This document shows positions 12,321-24,949 of a DNA stretch of 64,000 nt, in pieces. A model generated the notes under the pieces. The model searched no databases and had not been told where the DNA came from. It saw only the letters and a list, made by a program, of their open reading frames with translations. The position numbers and the translations under genes were made by a program. The stretch comes from Felis catus (lineage: Eukaryota), in assembly GCF_018350175.1 (NCBI RefSeq), contig NC_058383.1, forward strand, positions 12,898,001-12,962,000, read 5' to 3'. Every line of letters starts with the position of its first letter. The first letter of the stretch is position 1.

Positions 12321-12924
12321 TTTTCTTAAAAACATGCCAAAACTTTTCCAAGCCAGCTAAATAAACCCAAATATGGAATGATCTGAAATGACTTAGACAA
12401 AGCAAATGATTCTGACTTTCCCAGCTGGGGGACTTTGTCTTCTTGAAGGCCAGCCCTCTAAATTATGGGAAGATCCAAAGCAAAATTGAGTTAAATAAGT
12501 CCCCTAATTCCCATAAGTAATTTCTAAATTATCCTTTTATATACCTTACTTGTCATGCAGCTTGCAAGTGAGTATCACTGTGAGAGCTACAGTTTGTTAG
12601 GGTTTAGATCTTAATTAGCTCACGAGAGTGCATCCTTTTGAAGTTGTATACAACAGGTTGTTGGCTAGTTTTCCAAAAGCAATTAAAATGCCCACTGTTG
12701 TAATTAAGCCTGTTACTGGTTGTGTGTTCTAGTTATAGAATGTATTTGACAATTAAAGAAACTGAGAGTGAGGCTTTTGGCTGGGCTCTTTGGGATGTAG
12801 TAGACTGACTGCCACCTTAATACTAAGGAGAGTCAAGTGGTGTGTACGGGACGTACATCGTAGGTCATGTCTTAGACCTTTGAGTATTTATTGTTACTCC
12901 ATAAGTAAAAGCAACTATAGGTTT

Positions 12925-13032
12925 GTTTTTGTTTTTTAATTGAAGTATAATTAACATAGTGTTATATTAGTTTCAGGTGTACAATGTAATGATTCAACAG
13001 TTCTATACATGACTCGGTGCTCATCATGGTAA
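12925..13032 (-). mobile_element. L1 extreme 3' end (carnivore type)
   Basis: TTTAATTGAAGTATAATTAACATAGTGTTATATTAGTTTCAGGTGTACA, the reverse of an L1 terminus. Confidence 0.8.
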
Positions 13033-15744
13033 CAGATTTTAAGGCAAGTGCTAAAGTTCGGGAGTGTGAATTCCTGATTATATACTACTGTATATACAGG
13101 AGACAAAAATCCAAACGTCCAAATTACAGTCTTTAGCTGAAAGTCCTTTTTATAAAGCTTTGCCTTATCTTTTAAGAAGGTTGCTTGACTCTGACAGTGA
13201 ACATTTAATCTGTTAAGCTAACATCTCCATTGCTGTGATCAAATTTTTTTATCTGGTTGTTGAAAGGGAAGTTTGGGAGAAATGCCGCCAGGTACAAGAT
13301 GTGGTTTAATGTCTGTTTCTGAACTGCGTACAGCGTGTAGAAGTTGTTAAACTGCACGCCCACCATGGCACAGTGAGATTTGGTCTGGCCCATGGGAGAA
13401 GCTGTGATGGTCAGGGCTGGTCTTGATGGCAGATACAGTTCTTCACAGTTTCCTTTGCATGCTGCATGACTTCTATTCTTTCCTTTCTCCTGTTGACCAT
13501 TTTGGACCGTTTCTTTGTTCCTTAACACCAAAATGGCATGGTGACTGAGACCATGGGACGAATGAGTCATTTATTGGACAGGTGAAAATCAGTACTTAAA
13601 GTGAAGTTGGGCTTTTCTCGTGTATTTTATTTTGAAATACATTCAGCACTCAAAGGAAAATGGACCATTTAGTTTTGTGATTCCATCCCTTTGCCTTGCC
13701 TGTTAGTGCCCTCCCCCGCCCCCCCATGCAATTAACATGAAAATGATGGTTAAAAATGAGCTTAGCATTTAGAGCTGGGCTGGAGGAAGGCTTCATAGCA
13801 TGTTAAAATCAGAGAAAAAGAAAAAAAGGGCAAGTGTTTTGTGATTATTACTTGGTTTTGAGGAATAGTGAAAGGATTGAGTCTTATAAATGTACTTCTT
13901 CCCAGAGTTATTTTAAGGTTGTGATTAATGATAAAATTATTTTTATTGTACAAAAAATTAGAATTATTAGAGATACACTATTTATTTATGGCTCTCTAGA
14001 TATATCTGTGTTAAACCTATAATATATTAGTATGAAATAAATTTAAAGGCTCGTGAGTCTGAGGACACTTGCTTTAAATTCATTTATACAGGTGCTTTCT
14101 GTGCTTCCTTTGTAGCAAGTTTTCCATAATTTATTTCTAGTCTTGTAGAAATACAGGAGAAAAAAACCAACCAGATTATTAGCTTGGTTCCTTTGAGTTT
14201 TGCAATTTTCCCATGTACAGAACAAAATAAAACCAGTCTTTGGTGAAGTCCTATGAGATAAGATTACTGGTTCTGAGGAAATGACTATCTCCAAAGTGTA
14301 CATCTGTATGTAATATGTTGTATGCATTATGTGTGGTGTTTTATAGTTAAAATACAACATAATCATCATGAAATAATGCACATGAAATGAGATGTTACAA
14401 TAAGATGAGCTTGGCTTAAAAAGAAACAAAGAATAAACATGGAATTTCTAAGCAGTTTTACTTGTAGGTCTAATGAGTCTAATTAGTCTTACTCATAGCT
14501 CAGATGTCCGCTTTGGTATGCTTTACTGCATGAAGTCGTATCCAGCCTCCCAATTCAGAGTGATTCCCCTCCTTTGTGCCCCATAGCGCCCCATGCTTCC
14601 CTCATTGTGGCACTTCCTGACCTATATTGTGTATTCCTCCATTTGAGTATAAAGTGTTAGGACACGAGCAGATAATTATGCTTTTGCCTTTTATTTTACT
14701 TTTCCCCTCTGAATTCCTTTTTAAAAAAATTAAAATGTCATTGACACACAATAAACTTCAAATAAAGTGTGTGACGCGTTAAGTTTTGACCTAGTATATA
14801 CTCGTGAAAGCATCCCACAGTTAGGGTAATGAACATATTCAGCACCCTCAAAAGTTTTCTCTTGCCTTTTTGTAATACTTCCCTCCTCCCTCTTTCTGCT
14901 CTTTGTCCTGATCTGTTTTTTTTTTTTTTTTTTTTTAATCACTGTAGATTACTTGGCATATCCAATAATTTTATATAAATGGCATCTCCTACAGTTTGTA
15001 CTCTTTTCTTTTGTCTGACTTCTTTCACTCAGCATAATTATTTTGAGATTCATCCATGTAATAGCATGTATTGATAGTTTCCTTTTTATTGCTTAATATT
15101 CTTCTGTTGGTTGGATATATTAAAGGTTGTTTATCCACTCATCTCTTTTCGGGCATTTCCATTTTTCTGCCATTATAAATAAAACTATGAATACTGGCAT
15201 GTGAATATGCCATGAATATTGGCATACAAGCCTTTGTATGGACCTCTACTTTCATTTCTCCTAGGTAAATCCCTGGGAATGGAATGTCTGTGTCATATGA
15301 CAGGAATATGTTTAAATTTATAAGAAACTGCCAAACAGTTTTATAAAGTCTTTGTATCATTTTACATTCCTGCCAACAGTGAATGAGAGTTCTAGTTCCT
15401 TCATATTCTTGCTAACAGTTGGTATGATAAATATTTTAAAAATTTTAGCCATTCTCATAGGCATGTAATAGAACCTCACTGTGGTTTAAGTTTGTATTTC
15501 CCTAACGGCTAGTGATGTTAACTGTCTCTTCATGTACTTTTGTCCATATAGCTTCCTTTGAGAAGGCTATGCTTAAATTTTTTGTCCTTTTTTTTTTGAA
15601 AGGTGGTTTTCTTACTGAATTTCAAGAATTCTTTGTGTATTCTGAATTCTTGTATCAAACGTATGATTTGCAAATATATTTTACCATCTTACAGGTTTGT
15701 CTTTCCGTTCCCATTAAGAGTGTCTTTTGAAGGGCAGAAGTTTT

Positions 15745-15967
15745 TAAAAATTTTTTTTTTCAACGTTTATTTATTTATTTTTGGGACAGAGAGAGACAGA
15801 GCATGAACGGGGGAGGGGCAGAGAGAGAGGGAGACACAGAATCGGAAACAGGCTCCAGGCTCTGAGCCATCAGCCCAGAGCCCGACGTGGGGCTCGAACT
15901 CCCGGACCGCGAGATCATGACCTGGCTGAAGTCGGACGCTTAACCGACTGCGCCACCCAGGCGCCCC
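15745..15967 (-). mobile_element. Young Can-SINE (SINEC_Fc type)
   Basis: Full-length body with CpGs intact. Perfect 17-bp TSD TGAAGGGCAGAAGTTTT at 15728-15744 and 15968-15984. Confidence 0.97.
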
Positions 15968-16467
15968 TGAAGGGCAGAAGTTTTAATTTTGGTGAAGTAT
16001 AAATACCAGTTTGTTATTTTATGGATTATATTTCTGGTGTCTTAGTTAAGAAATCTTTGCCTAACCAAAGTCACAAAGATTTTTTTCCAGAAGTTTTGTG
16101 GTGTTAGATTTTACATTTAGGTCTGTGATTAATTTTGAGTTAATTTTAGTATGATGTGAGGTATGGATGAAATTGATTTTTTTTTATATGGATATTCAGT
16201 TTCCACATCATTTGTTTAAAAGACTATCTTTTCTCCATTGAATTGCCTTTGTACTTTTGTCAAAATTTGATGTTTCTGTATGTGTGGATCTATTTAAGAT
16301 TCCCTATTCTATTCCAATAGTTTTATGCTTATCCCTTCTTCAATAATCATACTGTCTTGCTTATTGTAGGTTTATATTGTCTTAAAATCGAATAGTAAGT
16401 CTTCCAACTTCACCATTTGTCTACATTGTTTGTACTACTTAGCGCCTTTGCCTTTCCATGTAAATTT

Positions 16468-16676
16468 AATTTTTTTTTTTTAAAACATTTATTTGTTTAT
16501 TTTGAGAGACACAGAGAACCAGCTGGGGAGAGGGGCAGAGGGAGAGAGAGAATCACAAGCAGGCTCTATGCTGTCATGTGGGGCTTGAGCCCATGAACCT
16601 TGAGGTCATGACCTGAGCCAAAATCAAGAGTCAAACACTTAACCGACTGACCCCCGGCCCCATCCCCAGTACCCCA
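16468..16676 (-). mobile_element. Can-SINE
   Basis: Reverse SINE body. TSD CCATGTA(A/G)ATTT on both sides. Confidence 0.9.
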
Positions 16677-17679
16677 CCATGTAGATTTTAGAATCATCTT
16701 GCTTGTTATCTGAATATCCTCCTGGGATTTTGATTAAATTGTATTAAAGCTGTAGATGAGTTTTGGGAGCATTGTTTACCATATTGGGTCTTCAAATTTA
16801 TGATCATAGTTATGTCCCTCTACTTATATTGATCTTTTTTGATTTCTTTTCATCAACATCTTGTAGTGTTCAGCATACTTGTCACATATATATTTTATAA
16901 TTATTCTTTTTACATAGCTTTCATTCATAAGATTCAGAGACTTCTCTTTGGTGCTTTTCATGTTTATATTACATCCTTCTATTAATAACTTCTCTGGTGT
17001 TAGCCTTCAGTATTGCTTAAGTTTTCCAAAGGCAAACTTTCTAAAGTTTTCCAAAGAGGAAGCCAAATGAAATTTGGAGTCAAATCTGCCATAGGAGATT
17101 ATTGACTACCTAGGTTACCCTGCTTGGATTTAACTCTTTGGTTTATATAATTTCTCTTGAGGCATAAGCCAAAAACATAAGTGATACCATATAATTCCAA
17201 CTGTGGTTAAAAGAAGGATTTTAAATGGCTGAAGAGCTGACCACTTTTTATGCTGCTTATATTGAGAGGCCACTGGTAGTTTGTGAAACACTGTCAGTGT
17301 TTCTTACCCAGAAAGCAGTTGAGGACATATTTTAGGTTGGGAACAGAGAATTCACAGGCTTTTGGAGTGCTGTAGTGGAAGGATTCCTCAGCGATCATCA
17401 GTTCACAGAAAGGGAAAGAAACACTCGGTTACTTGGTTTCCTTGGAGAAACATCTCAGTGAGCTCTTCCTGAAATGCATTCTGTTTCCATCGGAATCCAG
17501 ATTCCTAGCCCTTCCCACTGAGCCGATTGTGTCCGTTGAGCGTAGGCAGTCAGAATGGAGAGATGAAGGGTCGGTGTTAGAGCTGAGGTGGCTGTTGACC
17601 AGAGATGATGCTGTGCCCAGTGGGATTGTTAGGAGAACTTCCTGTGCGGGACAGATGCGGGTGGTGATTGCTCACATAC

Positions 17680-17905
17680 ACTAGTGGAGTTACCTTCTGC
17701 CAAACACTATTCTAAATGATTGATGTATATGAACTGGTCTGATCTTAACAACCTTGTGAGGTATACATACTGTGATCATTCCATTTTGTGAGTGAGCAAA
17801 ATGAAGCACAGAGCAAAATCAGGAATTTTTCCAGTAGGTGATGGAGGCGGGAGAGGAATCTAGGCAGTCTGGCCCTCGAGTACGCATTTGTAGCCACTAC
17901 ACTTG
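17680..17905 (-). mobile_element. MIR
   Basis: AACAACCTTGTGAGGTA...CCATTTTG...GAAGCACAGAG...AATCTAGGCAGTCTGGC...AGCCACTAC. Confidence 0.75.
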
Positions 17906-19252
17906 TTTGTCAGATGGTCAGAGAGCATGTCTGTTAGGAGATCCTGTAGGTGAATGATCCCTAAAAACCTCTCTGCTAGTCTTGGGGACCGTGGGGTTCA
18001 GTTTTCTTGAGTTTTAAAATAAGAGAGACTTCTGTCAGTGATAAGATGGACACTTCATTTCTGAAGTTCTAATTTAAAGCTCTTTGGAACATACAGGTTT
18101 TCAAATAGAAAATGTGTGTGTGTAAAAGTTTCACTGTTTTAAAAGTCTTCCTCTCCCACAACTACATAGTCTCTGGTTTAAATGTTTGTTTCCCAAGTCT
18201 TTTCCCAAGGAAGGACATACTCAGGCTTATATCTAAATGGAATTGAATGGGCCTTTCTTTGATTTATAATGTGGCAGCAGGAGACTGTTTGGCTATGCAT
18301 ACCTCTATGGGGCCAGGTATAAGCAGTTTTAGAGAATCCTAGCCACTAAAATAAGCAGGTGTTGGTGGGCAGAGGCTATGGGTGGCTGCCTGGCTCTGGC
18401 TGGCAAAACATTCCTGGGTAGCATTTGCCACCAGTTCCCTGGGTGTGGGCACCAGAGAGTGTAGGGGAGGAGTTGGCCTGATGAGCTCTGTGTTTGTGGC
18501 ACATTATGGAAACTTTATAGTGTTTTAGCTGCTCTCTCTTGGGTGGGCATAGAGCCATACTTGGCCCTAACTCTTAGAGGAAATGGGACAGAGAAGTGGA
18601 CAATGTTCTGGACTGTGTGGAGGATGGAGACCACAAGGAAGGGATGGAAGGGAGCAGAATAAAAGGGAAAAGCAGTGATTTTAGATGTACTTTGCTTCAG
18701 GTTTTCCAGCATCAGGGAAACCATGCACCTCCAGCAGTGTGTAGAATTTGTGCTTTGGGAAGGAAGTAGGTCTTTTTGAGTGTAATCTGGAGTGATTCCT
18801 TCTTGAAGGAGGAAATGAAGATGATTGAGAGGCTCTCTGTCTCTCTCATACATACGTACATATCTTGTTTTGCTAATTACAGGGCAGTTGGATAGACCTC
18901 ATCCACTGTTTTAATCTTTGGGTGTGAGTAAATAAGAGAGACATACTGGGTAGGAGTCCCTGCTAACAAGGGAGGCGAAAGGTGGCATTTGAACTTTTGA
19001 CTGTTCAATTTAAATTCCTAACAATTTATTGGGAGCCTGTTATGTGCCAGGTACATCACACGGACATGGGATATGGCATCTAAAGGCTAACTGTTGAAAC
19101 GGTTTATGTTGGTCTGGATATACTTCCACTAATCTGTATTTGTCATATAAGACAAAGATTATTATTGAAATTTATATTAAAGATTATCCCTTAAAACTAT
19201 TCAGCACATGTTACCATTCTTAGAATGTGGGGGCATATTGGGATCTTTAGTG

Positions 19253-19988
19253 GGTATATTTGTTTCCTGTGTCCTGTTGTAACAAATTACTATAAATTTA
19301 GTGGCTTAAAACAACACAGATTTATTATCTTGCAGTTCCGTAGGTTAGAAGTCCAACATGAGTCTCCCTAGGCTAAAATCACGGTGTTAGTAGGGCTGGA
19401 GGCTTCTTCTGGAGGTTGGAGGGCAGGTTCTGTTACCTGTGTTTTTCAGCTTCTAGAGGCTTTTGCATTCCGTGGTGTGTGGTCCCTTCCTTCATCTTCA
19501 GAGCCAGCAATAGCAGATTGAGTCCTTCTCATGATGCCATCTCTCTTTTTCCCACTTCATAGTCTTATCCTCCTCTTCTATTTAAGAACCCTTGAGATTA
19601 TATTAGGCCCACTTGGACAATCCAGGATCATCCCCTTATTTCATTTTATTATTATTAAAAAATTTTTTTTTTTTTTTTTTTTTTGAGAGAAAGAGAGAGG
19701 CAGAGGGAGGGAGAGAGAAAATCTTAAGCAGGCTTCATGCCTAGCATTGAGCCCGATGCGGGGCTCCATCTCATGAGCTTTGAGATCATGACCTTAGCTG
19801 AAATGCTTAACTGACTGAGCCACCCACATGCCCCCAGGATAATCCCCTTATTTTAAGATTTGCTGACCAGCATCCTTAATTCCATCTACAACCTTAATCC
19901 CCCTTTGTCCTGTAACATGATACATTCATAGATTACAGGAAGTAAGGAAATTTGACATCTCTGGGGAGCCTTTATTCTACTTTCCACA
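19253..19988 (-). mobile_element. MaLR LTR (MLT1D-like) interrupted by a SINE
   Basis: GTAACAAATTACTATAAATTTAGTGGCTTAAAACAACACAGATTTATTATCT...GGCTAAAATC...CTTCTAGAGGC...TCCTTAATTCCATCT...TATTCTACTTTCCACA. Confidence 0.88.
19642..19835 (-). mobile_element. Can-SINE inside the MLT1 LTR
   Basis: Reverse SINE. TSD CAGGAT(C/A)ATCCCCTTATTT at 19623-19641 and 19836-19854. Confidence 0.93.
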
Positions 19989-20189
19989 GTAGTGCCGAGT
20001 TTTTCCAATTTTGCTGATTCCTCTAGTCAAGTGAAATTGTATAATGACCCTTACAGTCCTTTGCATAATGGATTGTAACATGTGAATGTGTCCTGTGTAT
20101 GTAGTGGCGGGAGGCGTAACATTCATTGCCTTAAAGCCTCACACCTCTTCATTGGGATAAAACCCCAACCACCTAAACATGTAGTGATC

Positions 20190-20610
20190 AATTAGTTTTG
20201 TAGAATCTCAGTGTTGGAAAGAAGCCGCTTAGTTGGCCTGGCTTGAAGATGCCCTGTTGTGTCTCTTCTACGTGAGTGTCCCACCTTTGCCGACATGGGA
20301 TGGCCTGGTTTGGCAGATGATGTTGTCTGTGAACAGCTCCATTTTCCTGGTAGGAAGTTCCTGCTTTATGTTGAGGGGAAGTCTGTCTTTTTGCAATAGA
20401 ACCTATTGGTTCTTTCTTGTTTTACTCTCTGGGGGTCATATTAAATAAATCTAATTTCCTCTTTCATACTTGAAGCCCTTGAGATTTGTTTTTAAAGACT
20501 GCTATCGTATCCCCCAAGTATTCAGACTAAAAATTCTCACCATCTTCAACTGGGTCTCACTTGAAACTGTTTTGAGACTTTTTTCCATCCTGGTCACTCT
20601 CCTGAGTATG
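20190..20610 (-). mobile_element. CR1/L3 3' fragment
   Basis: GGAAGTTCCTGCTTTATGTTGAG...CTCTGGGGGTCA...AAATCTAATTTCCTCTTTCA...AGCCCTTGAGAT...AAGACTGCTATC resembles the reverse of recalled L3. Confidence 0.6.
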
Positions 20611-20639
20611 ATATAGCACGAGGCAGTGGGGACTGACTG

Positions 20640-20870
20640 AAGGATGATTTAATAGGAGCCTTTAAATGCCTGGGGAATTGTCATACAGAGGAGGCTGGTA
20701 AGATCTTTGCCATCACCACGGAAACAAGAGATCACAGGCTTATATTGTGGCTAAAGAGATTTAGGTGTCAGGAAACCTGTCTTAACCTCATGGATTGAGA
20801 TAGTGCAGAGGACTGCCATGGGAAGTTGAGGGATCTTTTGCCCTAGAAATGTATAAGGCAAGCCTTTAAC
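20640..20870 (+). mobile_element. CR1/L3 3' fragment
   Basis: AGAGATTTAGG...AGGAAAC...GGACTGCCATGGGAAGTTGAGGGATCT...CCCTAGAAATGTATAAGGCA resembles the CR1 3' region. Confidence 0.5.
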
Positions 20871-21930
20871 CTCAGAATTCATTTATTTTGTAGAAGAGAT
20901 TTTGCTTTTAGTTAAATGTTCTGTTTAAAGTATTCTTGTCATTGCTTGTCATCTATGCCTGATGCCCGGATTTCCCTCCTGTGTTGGTTCATTGGATGTA
21001 AGGCATCATCATCATGACTGCTGTTAATCACAGGGGGAAGGAATATGGTTCAGGGCTTTATGAAGGAAGGGAAACAGTGGCGTAGCTCAGGATAATTAAT
21101 AGCAAGTGGAGTGACAGTTTGATTCCCTGGTAGGAACCCTGGCATTGTTGAAGGAAAAAATCACTTTATTCTTTCATAGAGAGAGGCAGCTGTAATTCTG
21201 GTTGGATAGAATCCAATTAAAAGGAACTGACATGCAAATTGATGATCAGACAGTGTGAGCATAGAAAAAGTCCAAGAAGAGTTCTGTAAGAAGTGGCAGC
21301 GAACAGTGTAAGTGATTTGGCACGGTAATATGCATAAGAAAAATGGAAACATATGGGTTGGCTACCTGAGCAATTATAAGTCTGGAATCTCAGCCAGGAG
21401 GGAGGAGGAGATTGGTTGGTTTGGTGGGTTTATAGTTACTAAACTTTTAGACATTTTGTTTGGAGTTGAGGCATACATTTTAGGAATTACAGCCTTTCAC
21501 AATAGAGTGATTACACATCAACCCTTGAAGGTTATAGGTTTCCAAATTGGTGGTGGTTAAATATAATATTCCCAAGAATAAATGATGGGAATCCAAGCCT
21601 GGCTCTTGGAAAGAAGATCTCATGGTACAGATATACGTCACCTGACCTCATGCTGTGTCCTCAAAGATTGCGTGAGAATTGACTCCTAAATTTAGGCTGA
21701 AATAAGAGAGCTTGCCATTTATAGTAATGCTATTATGAATCATTTTCTAAAGTGAAAAATCCTTTTTATAACCAAAGTCATGCCCAGTTTATCTCTTGAG
21801 TAAATTCATAAGTCCATATATTAGGTTTGCTTAAACAAAGGTATTTTTCTTTGAAATGAAATAATTACAGGGACACATAGCAGTGAAGCTTTAGAATAAC
21901 AGGAAAAAAATGGGCATAATTTTGTAAGAA

Positions 21931-22300
21931 GTCAGTATATTGCTTTTTAGGGAGGAAAATTCTGCTTAAGAAGTCAGATAGCTTCTGCTGCTATTACAGG
22001 AGGAGAACGCTGCCTGGCAGATTGCAGCGAGATTTATTAGGATCTTTTGGGAACTGCAGCAGAAATGGCTATGAAATGTTTTGAAGAAGGGGGAAATAGG
22101 ACCACAGCATTTACTAGGCTTGATTCAGAGGAAAACCAAAGAAGGTGAAATGGAGTTCACCCTGAGCGAGCTGTGGAAGACTGAGAAGCTCGGGGGATAC
22201 TTGCACGGACAGCAGCAGCAGCAAGAAGAGACCAGACAGTGCTCTCAGCACGAGAGCACCCAGTTGTCATGCTGGTTGGCGGCAAGGAACGTCACCAGAG
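21931..22300 (+). mobile_element. Possible ancient RTE-clade LINE ORF relic
   Basis: Frame from 21931 reads VSILLFREENSA*EVR*LLLLLQ...ARFIRIFW...KWL*NVLKK, which echoes RTE C-terminal motifs. Confidence 0.4.
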
Positions 22301-22389
22301 GGGATGCAGAATGCCAGGGTCAGTTTTTGTTGGTTGAGGTGCGAGTAGTGGGCTGCATGTCCTGTAAGCCCTGTGAGGTTTAGCCTCCA

Positions 22390-22710
22390 GCCACCACGCG
22401 CTCTCCCTGTGGCTGTCACCATTACTTTGCACCTTCCTGGAATGCTCTTAACCTCAGGGCTCCCTCCCTCACTTGGAGTTTCTACTAGAAGCACCTTTAT
22501 CAGGGAGACCTTTCCTGATTATCTAAAGCAAGCGCTTTCTCTTCCCTTACTCTGTGTTATTTTTCTTCATTGCAGTCATTTCCCCCTCAAGCATGTGCTT
22601 GTTAAATGTTTTTCCCTTCTCTGTTCATCGGAAGTAAGTTCCATGAGAGTTGAGGCCCACTTTGTTTCTCAGCACTGTATTCCTAGCACCTGATTCCACA
22701 ACCATTTGTG
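22390..22710 (+). mobile_element. L2 3' fragment
   Basis: CCTTCCTGGAATGCTC...CACCTTTATCAGGGAGACCTTTCCTGA...GTAAGTTCCATGAGAG...CACTGTATTCCTAGCACCT. Confidence 0.8.
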
Positions 22711-23577
22711 AAAGCAATTTTTAGGAAGTCTCTGTGCTTCTCACAGTTATAAGAGCTGGGAATGAGAAGGGGAATGGAGGACTCTGTTGCTGTCCTGTAT
22801 TTCATAATATACTATATAATTATAATAGTTATAAAAGCCTGAGCACAGAATGCTGTGAGCTTTGAGAAATAAGCTGGGGATAGTCCTTCCAAAACTGAAT
22901 CCAGAGTGATACAGTTTTCTTTGGTGGTCAAGACAAGGAGAAGGACATTGTAGGCTGACAAAAGAGGTTGAATGAAGTTAGAAAGATTTAAAGATGGATT
23001 TTGTGTTTGGACGTCCTTGAGTAAGTTCAGTGTGGCTGTTGGAGCACAGGTGCATGGTGAAACATGACAGACAGGACTAGGAGGTGTGAAGACTGGGAAG
23101 AATGCTTGATACGTAGGTTGACATCTAATTGGGTGAGTTTTTGAAAGGAGTTGGGACCTTTTGGGAAATGGTGAGCCCTAAACTCTTTTTTTTTTTCCTC
23201 CTTTTCTCAAGTTTTTATTAAAATTCCAGTTAGTTAACATGCAGTATAATATTAGTTTCAGGTGTAGGATTTAGTGATTCATCACTTACATACAACACCC
23301 AGTGCTCTTCCCCAGTGCCCTCCTCAATACCTCAGTCACCCTTCCCCCCTTCCCCTGCCCACATCCTCTCCAGCATCCCTCAGTTTGTTCTCTGTAGTTA
23401 AGTCTGTTTTCTGGTTTGCCTCTCTCTCTTTCCGCCCCTTATTTCATCTCTTGTATTTCTTAAATTCCATATATGAGTGAAATCATATGACGCTTGTCTT
23501 TCTCTGCCTGACTTATTTTGCTTAGCATAATACTCTCTAGCTCCATCCATGTCATCGCAAATGGCAAGATTTCATTC

Positions 23578-23698
23578 TATGTATGTATATGTATATGTAT
23601 ATGCATATGTATGTATGTGTGTATATACATATATATACATACATGTTCTATCTATATGTGTATGTGTGTGTGTATACATATGTATATATCTATACGTG
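23578..23698. repeat. Degenerate (TA/TG)n microsatellite inside L1
   Basis: TATGTATGTATATGTATATG...TGTGTGTGTATACATATG. Confidence 0.9.
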
Positions 23699-24035
23699 TT
23701 CTGTCTCTCTGTACCACATCTTTTTTATCCATTCATCAGTCGATAGACATTTGGGCTTTTTCCATAATTTGGCTATGTTGATAATGCTGCTATAAACATT
23801 AGGGTGCATGTATCCCTTCAAATCAGTATTTTTGTATTCTCTGGGTAAATACCCAGTAGTGTAATTGCTGAATCGTAGGATAGTTCTCTTTTAAACTTTT
23901 TGAGGACCCTCCATACTGTTTTCTACAGTGGCTTCACCAGTTTGCATTCCTACCAGCAGTGTAAGAGGGTTCTCTTTTGTCTGCATCCTCACCAACACCC
24001 GTTGTTTCCTGTGTTGTTAATTTTAGCCATTCTGG

Positions 24036-24256
24036 GTACACCCGGATGGCTTAGTCGGTTAGGCGTTTGACTTCGGTTCAGGTCATGATCTCGTAGTCTG
24101 TGAGTTTGAGCCCCACGTTGGACTCTGTGCTAACAGCTCCAAGCCTGCGGCCTGCTTCAGATTCTGTGTCTCCCTCTGTCTCTGCTGCTTCCCCATTCAT
24201 GCTGTATCTCTCTCTTTCAAAAATAAATAAACATTTTTTAAAAAGTTAAAAAAAAT
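24036..24256 (+). mobile_element. Can-SINE inside L1
   Basis: GGATGGCTTAGTCGGTTAGGCG...CAGGTCATGATCTC...AAATAAATAAAC tail. TSD AG(C/T)CATTCTGG. Confidence 0.93.
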
Positions 24257-24949
24257 TAAGTCATTCTGGTAGGTGTGAGGTGATATCTCATTGTAGTTTT
24301 GATTTATATTTCCCTGATGATGAGTGCTGTTGGAGCCCCAAACTCTTTAAGCAGGAAGCATGAATACCCAAAAGATCGTGGATGAAGGATTGATGGCAGT
24401 AGAAAGGGTGTACAGATAGAGGGAGGATATAGAGCAGGGGTGGATATGATTTTCCCAATTTAAAATGCAGAAAAAGTTTGGGATCCCACACTGAAGGACC
24501 CAAGAGTGAAAAGCAATTCTGTTTGTTTACGGATGCCTAGGATATACTATGTATAGGTGGTGGCTGAAGATCAAAGTCTTGTAATTCTTGGAGCTGTTCA
24601 GTTTTTTGTTTTTTGTTTTTTGTTTTTTTTTTCAGTAGAAGTAAAGCTGTGTCATTGGGACACAAGGAGAATAAGATGCTCTTTTAGTTCATAGAATAAA
24701 AATGCTTAATTGGAAAATGCCTTGGCATACAGATGAGAATCGTCATCCAATTCGTGTGTTTAGCGGCTCTATGACCTTGGAAAATTAAATTTACCTCAAC
24801 TTCTGTTTTCCATTCAAGGATGGACTTTTGTTCATATGCTTACATTGTTGATGTGTGAAACAGTATATTTGAGCAATTAGATTAAAATTCCCTTTACAAA
24901 TATTGGGTAATGTTAGGAGTCCTTTGCTTTGATATAAATGCATCTGAAG

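Larger units (their letters stand above)
14720..16880 (-). mobile_element. Old L1 (L1MB/MC-like) 3' fragment with two SINE insertions
   Basis: Minus-strand ORF 15139..15360 (VWQFLINLNIFLSYDTDIPFPGIY) resembles L1 ORF2 VWRFLKKLKIELPYDPAIPLLGIY. L1 text continues across the SINEs. Confidence 0.9.
23189..24332 (-). mobile_element. 5'-truncated carnivore L1 with internal (TA/TG)n and a SINE
   Basis: Poly-T, then AAATTCCAGTTAGTTAACAT...CATCACTTACATACAACACCCAGTGCTC. TSD GAGCCC(T/C)AAACTCTTT at 23173-23188 and 24333-24348. Confidence 0.95.

Noticed and set aside
22081..22383. 100-aa ORF with a short poly-Q
   Set aside because: Non-ATG start and an upstream in-frame stop. Better explained as decayed LINE-like sequence with a (CAG)5 run.
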